Assembly (NCBI GenBank): GCA_043824495.1
Contig: JBDRSV010000005.1
Coordinates: 89,078-153,077 of the forward strand
Reading direction: 5' to 3'
Length of the DNA stretch: 64,000 bases
DNA from: Candidatus Aenigmatarchaeota archaeon
GTDB taxonomy: Archaea > Aenigmatarchaeota > Aenigmatarchaeia > QMZP01
The notes below the pieces were generated by a model. It did not search any database. It had not been told where the DNA came from and worked only from the letters and a program-made list of their open reading frames with translations. Shown here piece after piece: positions 39,292 through 48,575 of this stretch; position 1 is the stretch's first letter; every line of letters begins with the position of its first letter. The translations under genes were made by a program, and so were the position numbers.

Positions 39292-41202
39292 ATGTTGAAG
39301 AAATTCGCAGTGTTGATTGCGGGCATCATTTTCTTGATGACCTGCCAGGTAGCTTTTGCTGTCAGTCTTCGGACAGCTTTTGCTGCCGCTACTCCGGATT
39401 CGTCTGGAGCAGACAGCCTCTATGTTATCCAGAAGGGTGACTGGTGGTTGAAGAACAAGATGGTACCGTCCAGGTATGATATTGACGCCACTCTTTATTG
39501 TGGCACAGCAAACGACATCGTCGCGATGCTAGTGACGATCAACAACCTCAATCACCCTGACACGCTGGTTCCGGGTGATACAGTTAACTTCCCCATTGAC
39601 CGGGAAGCACTGAAGAAGTATTCGAAGCTCGCATCGGTGCGAGTCAAAGCTCGTTTCGGCTGGACTGCTGACACCACGACCACCAAGGTCACTGCGAAGA
39701 CTACGAGTCCAGTCCGGGAAGGTTTCATTCAGTATACCGTCAAGAAAGGCGACGTTCTCACCGATCCAATCATCCCGACAATTCACGGTGTGGATTGGAA
39801 GAAAAGCAAGACGGAACTTCGAGTTGCGCTTTGGCTCGCTAACATCGTCGTATCTTCAAACGATAACCTAACGCATTGTGACAGTCTGAAAGCCGGTATC
39901 ACCATCGATGTCATTTTGCTCGAAACAATCAGGACGCGAAAGGATGTCCCTGACTTTGTCAATGCCTATTTCGGATGGGACACGGTTGGTACGGCCACTC
40001 AACTTCCTGTTGGAATTGCTGCTCCCACGAGCCCTAAACTCAAGGTCGATGCGGGCAACAAGCCTCACAAAGACTCTGTGGCTACCGGTGCCAAGAAGTC
40101 CGAGGGCACCGAGAAAGCGAAGGGTACCGACGACAATGTCGGCACGGGGTCTCCGACAAAGAAGGCAGATACAAAGGCCAAGCCCGGAGGCCAGGGAGAT
40201 GGTAGGAAAACAGGCGCTATTCAAGAGAAGGATACTGATGTGGGTGGCAGTGTCAATCTCGATCTTAGCCTGCTGAAGAGTTCTCATGACACTTCAAGAG
40301 TTGTCATAAGGAAACCTGCGCCTGCAGATGCTGTGAAGAGGAGTGTTCCTCCGCTGGCGAGCGTTCCACAGATTCTCGCGCAACCGACGACTGACAAAAG
40401 TCAGAAACCCAAATCGGGGAAAACTTCGGAGTCTCAAGCGGGTGTCAAGACTGCTAAATCTCCAACGAAAGATGTGAGGATAGTCCAGGCTGACACCACC
40501 TTCCGCCACAAAGTTGACAAGGCTTTCTACAAGGTGATGGGCTCTAACGTAGGAAGCTTTCTCAACATTTTCGAAGCCGGTGATGAGTGTGATCCATCGT
40601 CTCGGATAGCCGAGAAATTCATGGTGACTGCTGGGGTGTACGGATTATCATGTGGTACTCCCGGATGTCACACTGAAGAGAAAGAAAAAGAGTGGAGAGA
40701 CAATATCCTACATGATCGTACTTTTCCTCCTTTTCTTTGCGACTCTGCTTCGATTCTAATTATAAACTTCATTCGGGATGAAGAGCAGAAGGCCAAGAAA
40801 CCCGAGTCGTCCAAGCATGACAGTAAGCCGGTGCTGACGAAGACTTCGGGTAAGAGAGAGATTCCCTTAAATCTCTGGTTCATGCCAACTCACATGAAAG
40901 CAATTCTTGACACGGGCTGGACTCATCTCCTTGTTTCATACAAGGCGGGAGATGAGAAAAATACCAACTCTCTTGTCTTTAGGAGAGTGGTTGAGGCAGC
41001 GATTGCTTCCAATAGTTCATGTGGGAGTTCATGGTCAGGTTGCCACAGTATTAAAGAGAATCAGTCGTGGGGAAGTGTTCTCGGAACCTCGGCATGTCCT
41101 GACACTGCATGTTCCATCGGCGCCGGCTGGATCGCTTCTTTTGTTGCGACCGAACAACGAAAAGAAGCTAACAAAAAACCAGAATCCAGTACGGATCGCT
41201 GA
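39292..41202 (+). CDS. Secreted protein with two LysM-like domains, low-complexity linker and two Cys modules
   Basis: AGGAGG RBS; signal peptide; YVIQKGD..NNLNHPDTLVPGD and YTVKKGD..NLTHCDSLKAG; SCGTPGCH and SCGSSWSGCH. Confidence 0.7.
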   Translation: MLKKFAVLIAGIIFLMTCQVAFAVSLRTAFAAATPDSSGADSLYVIQKGDWWLKNKMVPSRYDIDATLYCGTANDIVAMLVTINNLNHPDTLVPGDTVNFPIDREALKKYSKLASVRVKARFGWTADTTTTKVTAKTTSPVREGFIQYTVKKGDVLTDPIIPTIHGVDWKKSKTELRVALWLANIVVSSNDNLTHCDSLKAGITIDVILLETIRTRKDVPDFVNAYFGWDTVGTATQLPVGIAAPTSPKLKVDAGNKPHKDSVATGAKKSEGTEKAKGTDDNVGTGSPTKKADTKAKPGGQGDGRKTGAIQEKDTDVGGSVNLDLSLLKSSHDTSRVVIRKPAPADAVKRSVPPLASVPQILAQPTTDKSQKPKSGKTSESQAGVKTAKSPTKDVRIVQADTTFRHKVDKAFYKVMGSNVGSFLNIFEAGDECDPSSRIAEKFMVTAGVYGLSCGTPGCHTEEKEKEWRDNILHDRTFPPFLCDSASILIINFIRDEEQKAKKPESSKHDSKPVLTKTSGKREIPLNLWFMPTHMKAILDTGWTHLLVSYKAGDEKNTNSLVFRRVVEAAIASNSSCGSSWSGCHSIKENQSWGSVLGTSACPDTACSIGAGWIASFVATEQRKEANKKPESSTDR

Positions 41203-41222
41203 TCGTGGAAAGGAGGGCGGTC

Positions 41223-42143
41223 ATGAAATATCATGACTTGACTGGTCTGCCGCCACCTACCTCAGCAGCGTGGCGACTGGCGAAGCATATATGGCCATTG
41301 ATTTTCCTGGCCTGCTTTGCACAAAATGTGCAGGCATCGGCTGACAGCACTGAACAGAACACCACAGAGTTCAGTGGGTTTGTTACACTCGCCTTTGATC
41401 AGGGTGATGGCTTCTATGCGCAACACGGGAATCTGATGTGGACCGGAAAAAAGGGAACTGTCTCTTGGAAGGTCTGGGTTGATGTTCCGAAAGACTCGAT
41501 TCTTCAAGAGCTTCTTGTCACACTTAAGGTGACAGACTTCCTTTCAGTTGTCGCGGGCCAACAGGCTCGAACTCTGATCTACATCTACCCTCCGCCTGAA
41601 GCCAGTCGGACAATAAAAGTAGCCTTTGACATGAACACAGATACCCTGATCTATGATTTCTATGACCAGGGAATTGTCGCGTTCTTTTCTCATGCCCACT
41701 TTCAGGTTCAGACAGGAATTCTGATGGGCGCTGGACGGTCAAAGGACAACAATGATGACGTGGACTTCTCGTTCCGTTCAGCATTCAGTAGTGGACCTGT
41801 GAAGATGTCGTGGGCCTGGCAGGGTGGGCGCCAACCCTTTGGGTACAGGGCTGAATCATCTGCAGACCTTGTGTTCAATTTTGATCTACTCCTTCACCAC
41901 GAGTTGTATTCTGCGTGGCACAGGAGACACGATCTCAATGACGAGGGTTGGTATGCTGGGTGGATGGTTACTCCTCATCCTGCCATCCAGTGTTTGGTCC
42001 ATTACACCAAACACAATGAACACAAGGAGGGGACTCTTGGGGTGAATATATTTCCCTGGGACGGAACGAAAGCACAAGTGCACTGGGTAGCAGTCAGTAA
42101 TCGCGACCCACAACTATTGATAAGATTCCAGCAGATGTTCTAG
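41223..42143 (+). CDS. Porin-like outer-membrane beta-barrel protein
   Basis: AAGGAGG RBS; signal; EFSGFVTLAF start, alternating aromatic strands, C-terminal LLIRFQQMF with terminal Phe. Confidence 0.6.
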   Translation: MKYHDLTGLPPPTSAAWRLAKHIWPLIFLACFAQNVQASADSTEQNTTEFSGFVTLAFDQGDGFYAQHGNLMWTGKKGTVSWKVWVDVPKDSILQELLVTLKVTDFLSVVAGQQARTLIYIYPPPEASRTIKVAFDMNTDTLIYDFYDQGIVAFFSHAHFQVQTGILMGAGRSKDNNDDVDFSFRSAFSSGPVKMSWAWQGGRQPFGYRAESSADLVFNFDLLLHHELYSAWHRRHDLNDEGWYAGWMVTPHPAIQCLVHYTKHNEHKEGTLGVNIFPWDGTKAQVHWVAVSNRDPQLLIRFQQMF

Positions 42144-42175
42144 CTCTCTGCTTGGATTCTATACCTGGAGGGCAT

Positions 42176-43534
42176 ATGAAACTTAACAGAAAAAACTGGG
42201 CGCTGTTCTGCATGATCTTCGCGATCATCTTTGCATTGAGCAGTGCAGCAATGGGCCAGAGTCAGGTGACGGATACCGCTTCAAACTCACCGCCGGCGAA
42301 TCACGAACAGTATCACAATGCCTGGCTGGGCTACGTCGGGTATGGTGTCGGTGCTGGCAAACTTCGAGGTGATATTGGATTCGGAGCTTCTTTCAGTGCA
42401 TTGGAGCTTCTCGGATTTTGTGATTTCACCTCAACTGTCAGGGCCGAAATCCACGACGGGACAGTTGGTCTTGCCGCCCTCAAGAATTTCGGGAGCGGTA
42501 AAATCGGGTTCCGAGTGGGACCAATGGCCGCCTACGACTTCCGTCATATGAAAGACAACGGTCCTATTGGTGGTTTGTCTCTGTCTGCGACACGACCTTT
42601 CGGGGAGCAATCACATCCCGGAAGAGTCGTGTTCGAACTCCAGATCCTGTACGGGCCTGATGGCCTGGAAGGTCGGGGATTTCTCAAGCTGACCGCATTC
42701 TTCGGTAAGCGATCGTCCGGTAAGAAGAAAACAGCTCCGGCTGGTCCCGTGTTTAGATTGTCTGCATTTGAACTGGGCCAACCGGACACACTGGGTCTCA
42801 ACATCGCGGGTCTAATGAACCGGCCAGACACAGTGGATCGGACAGCTGAAAGGCTTTCGATCGTCTTCTACTTTACAACAGATGATGGGTCAGATACCCT
42901 GATCAGCAAGATACCTGAGCCAGCTCCCGATGATTTGACAGTCGGCGAAATCGGGATGGATCCGGTAACCGCAGAGCTCTGGGACAATTCGGACGTCACT
43001 TTCGATGAGCCGGAAAGTCGTGCATACAATTCCGACGATGTGGCCGTCTTACTCAATCTCGGTGAAAGCACAATAATCGAGAATTGGAGTGCGTATGGAT
43101 TCTGGGGTAAAGGATATGAAACTCGTATCCACGAATTCAATCCCAACAATCCTCCGGCTCCTCCAAGATACTTCATACCGTATGACGTCAAGTTCGGGAT
43201 GCTCGTGATTCCGAATGACTCGGTGATTACCGCGAGTGCGGACGAAATTCACTGGATCCATGACGGTATTCTCCGTTATTGTCAAAGGTCTGCTCTGTCT
43301 ACAAACCCATTCACTACGTGGTGGGCTAAAGAAATCATTGAGAGACGGGAATATTCGAATCTCAATGAGTTGATCCGGAAAATTGTGGTCATCGACAATG
43401 ACTACATGATCCGGCGAGCGATCTCTGACATTCGTGGGACCATGAAGTATTCCGGTGACAGCACGAAAATCGGTAACAGTACCGAGGGGGCGTACTACCT
43501 CACAAAGTATTACCTGGAGTATCTGAAACGGTGA
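42176..43534 (+). CDS. Secreted hypothetical protein, N-terminal beta-rich domain
   Basis: GGAGG RBS; signal ending AMG; Gly/aromatic strands. Confidence 0.65.
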   Translation: MKLNRKNWALFCMIFAIIFALSSAAMGQSQVTDTASNSPPANHEQYHNAWLGYVGYGVGAGKLRGDIGFGASFSALELLGFCDFTSTVRAEIHDGTVGLAALKNFGSGKIGFRVGPMAAYDFRHMKDNGPIGGLSLSATRPFGEQSHPGRVVFELQILYGPDGLEGRGFLKLTAFFGKRSSGKKKTAPAGPVFRLSAFELGQPDTLGLNIAGLMNRPDTVDRTAERLSIVFYFTTDDGSDTLISKIPEPAPDDLTVGEIGMDPVTAELWDNSDVTFDEPESRAYNSDDVAVLLNLGESTIIENWSAYGFWGKGYETRIHEFNPNNPPAPPRYFIPYDVKFGMLVIPNDSVITASADEIHWIHDGILRYCQRSALSTNPFTTWWAKEIIERREYSNLNELIRKIVVIDNDYMIRRAISDIRGTMKYSGDSTKIGNSTEGAYYLTKYYLEYLKR

Positions 43535-43552
43535 ACCTGTACCAACCTGGCG

Positions 43553-43594
43553 GGAAGGCCGCTCCGAAATGGACTCTGGGCGGCCTTCCATTTC
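43553..43594 (+). terminator. Intrinsic-terminator-like hairpin
   Basis: GGAAGGCCGCTC/GGGCGGCCTTCC then ATTTC. Confidence 0.6.
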
Positions 43595-43652
43595 AATTTG
43601 GATGCTAAGCGTAGTGAACATGGGGTTGAATCTGAACCCCGAAGGAGATCAC

Positions 43653-43961
43653 ATGTGGATTAGGTGTCGCATGAGGAACGAAGATACGCCTCTCTTCGAT
43701 GAACTAGTTGAGGGTAATGTCGTTACAATTGGTCGTGGTGAAGACAGAGATGTTACTTTGGACGAAAGGACCAAGAACAGTGTGTCCAAAGTTCATGCGA
43801 CCGTGACATTCTGTGATGGTGTCCTCTTTATCGAGGATGATGGTTCCACGAACGGAACCCTCACACCAGCATCGAGAAACAGGATCACGACAAAAACCGA
43901 GATCGCATATGGCCACGAGGTTATGCTCGGTAACGACGTGATTCTTGTTGTCAGCCCGTAG
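43653..43961 (+). CDS. Stand-alone FHA domain protein
   Basis: VTIGRG..VSKVHA..FIEDDGSTNGT..GHEVMLG. Confidence 0.9.
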   Translation: MWIRCRMRNEDTPLFDELVEGNVVTIGRGEDRDVTLDERTKNSVSKVHATVTFCDGVLFIEDDGSTNGTLTPASRNRITTKTEIAYGHEVMLGNDVILVVSP

Positions 43962-44002
43962 ACGGCTAATCTCATATTCAACGGCATGAAGGAGGTGATA
44001 AC

Positions 44003-44401
44003 ATGCCGAATGTCTGTCTTATCGGATACGAGAAGGTGGACGAAGATAGGCTGCGTGCACTGATTGCAGCTATGTTCGCTGACCAACCGTTCGTGAAGGG
44101 TATGGTTATTCCAAATGGTGACGATCGTTCCCGTGTTCAAGTTCTGAACGCGGCTGGTAATGAAGAACTCCCGTTCATTCGCTTCTACTGCAGCGATCTC
44201 GCCGAGGCGGCAATAATACTTGCTCGATTGGTAGAGCAAACTGGACAGCCTATCGAGTTTGTCCCAATTCCGCCTGACGATTCTCCAGTACCCGGGTTCA
44301 CCGAGGGCGATGATCGTGCCATTGTGTACAAGGCTAAATCGCAGCCGATAGCGATCGCTACGGCCAGTTCGGATAGGTCATGTCAACCGGACGACGGATA
44401 G
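44003..44401 (+). CDS. Hypothetical protein (island 3)
   Basis: AAGGAGGTG RBS; no recognised motif. Confidence 0.6.
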   Translation: MPNVCLIGYEKVDEDRLRALIAAMFADQPFVKGMVIPNGDDRSRVQVLNAAGNEELPFIRFYCSDLAEAAIILARLVEQTGQPIEFVPIPPDDSPVPGFTEGDDRAIVYKAKSQPIAIATASSDRSCQPDDG

Positions 44402-44487
44402 TCAATTGTTGTCTCGTTGGTTTGGAAGTTCATGGACGCATCAGAGTTGTCGCGTCTATTCTCGCAAATGTTTTACAGGAGGGCGAA

Positions 44488-44970
44488 ATGCGTAAATTAA
44501 TCAGGTTCAGAAGGGATACGCGCGGCTTCACATTGATCGAGCTGATGATTGTGGTCGTCATCATTGGCGGCATCACGGCCGCGCTGGCGATCCCGTGGTT
44601 CATGGCTTCCACAACGAAGTCGAAACAGTCTGAGGCGAAACAAATCCTGAAGCAGGTCTATGTCATGGAACGCGCCTACCGGCAGGAATTTGATACGTAC
44701 TGGGGTGGGTTCGAGCCAAACATGACACATTTCGATACCGGCGGCGGTCCGTATGAAGTTATTGCGGACGCAGAACACCCGGACAACTTCGCTCGCATAG
44801 GCGTTCAAGTTGGCCCGACGGCCCGCTACAAGTACAGGATTTCGGTTCCCAACCCGAATCAATTCACGTGCACGGCTACGGCAAATCTGGATGATGACCC
44901 AACGATTGATACCTGGAGAATCGATCACCTCGGGAATTTGGTCTGCGTCACGGACGACGCGGCCTATTAG
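44488..44970 (+). CDS. Bacterial type IVa pilin
   Basis: RG-FTLIELMIVVVIIGGITAALAIP, KSKQSEAKQILKQVY, ATANLDDDPTIDTWRID. Confidence 0.92.
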   Translation: MRKLIRFRRDTRGFTLIELMIVVVIIGGITAALAIPWFMASTTKSKQSEAKQILKQVYVMERAYRQEFDTYWGGFEPNMTHFDTGGGPYEVIADAEHPDNFARIGVQVGPTARYKYRISVPNPNQFTCTATANLDDDPTIDTWRIDHLGNLVCVTDDAAY

Positions 44971-45068
44971 TTACGATGTGATCACCTGCGTTTTGTTCTG
45001 AATGTTGACTGGTGCGGTATGTTTGATCACCGCGCCTTTTGCAGTGTCTCCCAACAAGAGGTAGCGAA

Positions 45069-46196
45069 ATGAAGAACAACAGAACCCCTTTCGAGAATGG
45101 CGTGTTGTTGACCATCTTGTTTCTTTCAGTGGTGTGGTTCGGCACTGGCATCACGGGATGTAGCGATTCCAGCAATCCGATGAACTCGACTGACGATCCG
45201 GTCGTGGAAATCCAACCGGAATTTGAACCGTTGTTCGCGCTCGATCCGGACAGTGCGTCAGACGCGGACATCGTTGCCGCGATTTCGGCTGTGAATTCCA
45301 ATTTCAATGCGGCCGGAAAGGGCCAATACTCGCTTCCGTTGTCCGCTTCTATTCTGGACGCGACCGATAGCTCGGCGAATGATCCCGAAGGTCCTACCGG
45401 CGGTGGCGGAGGAGCCGGAGGCTCCGATAGCACGGAAACCGGTGGTGGTCCTGGTGATCTAATGCCACCACTATGCTGGCCTCCGCAAACGTTGCCAAAT
45501 GACCTGTTGCCAGAGTGGTGTCGCATTGGACCAGTTCGCGTGGACATGACCATCGTATGTTACTGGGATCTTGGTGGGGAGCCGTGGACGCATGATTTCT
45601 ACACCAAGAAAATGGACGATGTCCTGGGCAAGTATCCTGGTCGGGTGAACTTGACCGTTGTTCACGGAGCACTCGATCGATTCGATATACTCGCTTCCCA
45701 AGCCGCTGAAACCGCAGCACTCTTCGGGAAATATGAACAGTACGTGGCAGAACTTATTGCCAACCACGACGCGATCGCCAACGGCGAGTTTGAAAAGAAA
45801 GAATATGTCAAGCTCGCCCGCAAGGTCGGTATCAAAGGTCGCTACGGTCGCTGGTTCAAACAACTGATCAGTTCTCGTCTCATTCGGGCCGAGGTCCAGA
45901 GCGACATGCGACACGTGTTTGATTACCTCGGAATTGGCGGAATCCCATCATTTCGGTTTACACTCGAAGGATATTGTATCGGCGAGATCGGCGGTTCTCA
46001 GTCACCAGAAACGTTCTTTGATATCATGGATCCATACCTCGATATTCTCGAGCCCAGTATTCCGGGCGGTGGAGGTGGTTCGGGAAGTGGAGGATCCGGT
46101 GGTGGAACAACTGGTGGCGGACCGAAAATAGGTCCTCCATCACCAGCCGCTCATGGCACGATCGAAACTCGGAACTGGACGCCTGTTATCCGATAA
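45069..46196 (+). CDS. Lipoprotein with DsbA/thioredoxin-like domain lacking CxxC
   Basis: ITGC lipobox; YPGRVNLTVVH, AAETAALFGKY, LARKVGI, LGIGGIPSF. Confidence 0.6.
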   Translation: MKNNRTPFENGVLLTILFLSVVWFGTGITGCSDSSNPMNSTDDPVVEIQPEFEPLFALDPDSASDADIVAAISAVNSNFNAAGKGQYSLPLSASILDATDSSANDPEGPTGGGGGAGGSDSTETGGGPGDLMPPLCWPPQTLPNDLLPEWCRIGPVRVDMTIVCYWDLGGEPWTHDFYTKKMDDVLGKYPGRVNLTVVHGALDRFDILASQAAETAALFGKYEQYVAELIANHDAIANGEFEKKEYVKLARKVGIKGRYGRWFKQLISSRLIRAEVQSDMRHVFDYLGIGGIPSFRFTLEGYCIGEIGGSQSPETFFDIMDPYLDILEPSIPGGGGGSGSGGSGGGTTGGGPKIGPPSPAAHGTIETRNWTPVIR

Positions 46197-46260
46197 CTGC
46201 GCCCCCGCCCTCCGGCGCAGTTAACACAGCAGCGGGTTCGGTCTCATAGACCGGCCCGCT
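46195..46260 (+). terminator. Tandem intergenic hairpins
   Basis: AACTGCGCC/GGCGCAGTT and AGCGGGTTCGGTCT-CAT-AGACCGGCCCGCT. Confidence 0.6.
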
Positions 46261-46280
46261 TGCAATTGGAAGGAGACTAC

Positions 46281-47108
46281 ATGCTCAAGAATTGCAATTT
46301 GTTGTTGATGCTCGTCCTCATTGTAGCGGTCATGACCGGTTGCAGTGATGACAACTATCCGACGTGTACCGAGCCATCAATCGATCCGATGACCGAAGAG
46401 GGCGTGGATGCTCTTCTCGATGTGGAAGAGACTTTGACGCCTGAAGAGTTGGACGACATCCTGATTCAGAACGGAATTGATCTGGCTCAAATGGATCCGA
46501 TTGAGATCGAAGTGATTCCCACTCCAATGGACTCGATCATTGAAATCGAATTCACTTACGATGAGCATGGCGCGATTCGGCCGGTAAAATGTAGGAACGG
46601 TATGGCCTATGTCGGGAATCTGGACGATATGACTCCAGACGAACTGGCCAAGTTCTTGCAGTTACGGGAGGATTACGGTCATCGCCGAATCCCGTTCGTG
46701 AACAATTACCAACCTGGTGGGCTGGAAGAATGTCTCGCGCGTGCTCTTGTTGTTTGTGAAGGACGAGGGAAATTCTCGGAATTTGCCAAATTCTTCGTTC
46801 ATTCACAGCCCGGAAAACCGTGGACTTGTGACATGGTTATCACGGTAGCATCCCAAATCACCGGGATGACTGAGTGGCTTGTGGAACGAAAGATGGATAG
46901 CCCCCGAACCGAACTCCGGCTACTTCGGGATCGTCTTCTTGCCAGAATCTGGGGTGCAAACGATTCCGGTTGGCAGGCCGGTTACGTCTTTTTCTCCATG
47001 TCGGGCCGACCGGCTTGGAGATGTTTCAAGTGGACTGCTCCAATTGCGCCGATGGAGGTGCTTGAGGGGTGGCTTACCAGTTGTTTCTTGTGTGAATATC
47101 CTAATTGA
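46281..47108 (+). CDS. Lipoprotein, possible degenerate DsbA-like paralog
   Basis: AAGGAG RBS; MTGCSDD lipobox; ARALVVCEGRGKFSEF, RLLRDRLLARIWG. Confidence 0.5.
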   Translation: MLKNCNLLLMLVLIVAVMTGCSDDNYPTCTEPSIDPMTEEGVDALLDVEETLTPEELDDILIQNGIDLAQMDPIEIEVIPTPMDSIIEIEFTYDEHGAIRPVKCRNGMAYVGNLDDMTPDELAKFLQLREDYGHRRIPFVNNYQPGGLEECLARALVVCEGRGKFSEFAKFFVHSQPGKPWTCDMVITVASQITGMTEWLVERKMDSPRTELRLLRDRLLARIWGANDSGWQAGYVFFSMSGRPAWRCFKWTAPIAPMEVLEGWLTSCFLCEYPN

Positions 47109-47166
47109 CAATACTGTCGCCGCCTCGGCTTCAACTGCCGGGGCGGCAAATCATTGGAGGGTTGCC

Positions 47167-48054
47167 ATGAGCACCAACAAAGCATATGGATTGATGCTGG
47201 TGGCAGTTCTTCTCTGGTCACCAGTGCCAATATGGATTCGGGAGGTTGAGAATTTTGTGTCTCTCCCTTCCATCACATTCTGGAGATCTGCTTTCGGATT
47301 GTTAGCACTTCTCCCGTTTTATCTGATCATGGTTCACAAGCAAGGCATGATGTCCTTTTCAGTGAAGAGAGCTGCATGGCTTGTAATTCTTGGTGTGTCC
47401 AGTGCTTTGGCACAGCATCTTTTTGTGTTAGCCCTGGAAAAGAATCTGATCGCTGATTCATCATTCATTCAGCAGGCACATCCGATTTGGACAGTGATCG
47501 GTGCACACTTCTTGCTGAAAGAACGTTCTCCGAAGAAGTTCTTCTTTCCCTTAATCTTATCTCTGAGCGGTGTTGGTATCATCGCTTATGAGGGTGGGGG
47601 ATTCTCAGCAACAATTCTCGGGCATGGGTTTGCTTTTTTCTCAGGAGTTTCGATTTCAGTTGCAGCCCTTGCTATTCGTTCTCTCCATTTAGATAAAGTG
47701 AAGACTCTGGAAATAACTTTCTGGGGAATCTTCCTGCGAATGATTGTCATGTTTTTTCTGTCCGGTGCTCATTCGCTGGTATCAATTGGGGGACGAGAGT
47801 TGGGTATTCTTGGAGTAATGGGAATTGTTTCTACAGTGACGCCTCTATATCTCTACGCTAAAGCAATGCAAATAGTAGAGGCGCAGAAACTCTCATTATT
47901 TTTAACACTGATGGTAATCACGTTTCCACTCACTGGTCTTCTCTACGGAGAGATCCCAAGTGGACTGACAATATTAGGCGGTTTACTGGTAGGGGTGGCC
48001 ATTCTCATTATGAGAATAATGGAACCTCCTACTACAGAAATAAACACAACCTGA
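47167..48054 (+). CDS. EamA/DMT family transporter
   Basis: Ten TMs; LLWSPVPIWIR, ITFWRSAFG, HPIWTVIGAHFLLKER, LLYGEIPS. Confidence 0.9.
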   Translation: MSTNKAYGLMLVAVLLWSPVPIWIREVENFVSLPSITFWRSAFGLLALLPFYLIMVHKQGMMSFSVKRAAWLVILGVSSALAQHLFVLALEKNLIADSSFIQQAHPIWTVIGAHFLLKERSPKKFFFPLILSLSGVGIIAYEGGGFSATILGHGFAFFSGVSISVAALAIRSLHLDKVKTLEITFWGIFLRMIVMFFLSGAHSLVSIGGRELGILGVMGIVSTVTPLYLYAKAMQIVEAQKLSLFLTLMVITFPLTGLLYGEIPSGLTILGGLLVGVAILIMRIMEPPTTEINTT

Positions 48055-48080
48055 ATTCTCTATCGGAAGGAGTGATTGCA

Positions 48081-48227
48081 ATGAAAACGCCCGTAAGGGT
48101 AAAAAAGAAGGGATCCCTGACAATTGTTGGGACCTGTTGTGGAATCGTGACTCTAGTGTTGGCCGCGCTTTCAGTTTTGGTCTTATTTAGAGTATTCGAT
48201 GGTTTTCCATACAGAGGATCCCGATAG
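48081..48227 (+). CDS. 48-aa single-TM peptide (island 3)
   Basis: Not in ORF track; AAGGAGTG RBS; MKTPVRVKKKGSLTIVGTCCGIVTLVLAALSVLVLFRVFDGFPYRGSR. Confidence 0.6.
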   Translation: MKTPVRVKKKGSLTIVGTCCGIVTLVLAALSVLVLFRVFDGFPYRGSR

Positions 48228-48235
48228 GCAAAAGT

Positions 48236-48308
48236 ACAACCGAGGTGGTATGGCAGAGTGGCGAGAACTCCTCTCTCGGTTGTTATATTGACTAGTTTAA
48301 GGGATATA
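48236..48308 (+). repeat. Island border copy 3: hairpin plus TTATATTGACTAGTTTAAGGGATATA (48283-48308)
   Basis: CAACCGAG/CTCGGTTG arms abutting the 26-mer; 23/26 to copy 1. Confidence 0.88.
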
Positions 48309-48575
48309 AATAGAATTCTCGGATTTAAAAAACTTTTAATTAAATAGAAAATATCATTTTCCTCAATCTACACAAATCTTAGTTTACATTGATCATCTAA
48401 TAACAATTTGATCAATTAACTCCAATGAGTCCACATGTAAACACGTAAACAGTTCGTGTTTTCTAGCTTACCTGCTGGACTCTTGTTTTTCTAATTCACT
48501 AGTAAACTAAGATGGATTGAGATGTCTTTAGTAGACTTTAGTTAATTGGAGATACTCAACGTCACAGGAGGAGTC

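Larger units (their letters stand above)
38780..48308 (+). mobile_element. Higher-GC island 3 (ten co-oriented bacterial-type envelope/signalling genes) ending in the border motif
   Basis: Spot GC 34/60 at 44521-44580; GGAG/GAGG-type RBS before each gene; hairpins; left edge approximate. Confidence 0.75.

Noticed and set aside
22300-48420. Terminal inverted repeats or target-site duplications at island left ends
   Set aside because: Only weak partial matches (e.g. TATATCAC at about 38833, TATCATTTTCC at about 38842 and 48352); no consistent left border by eye
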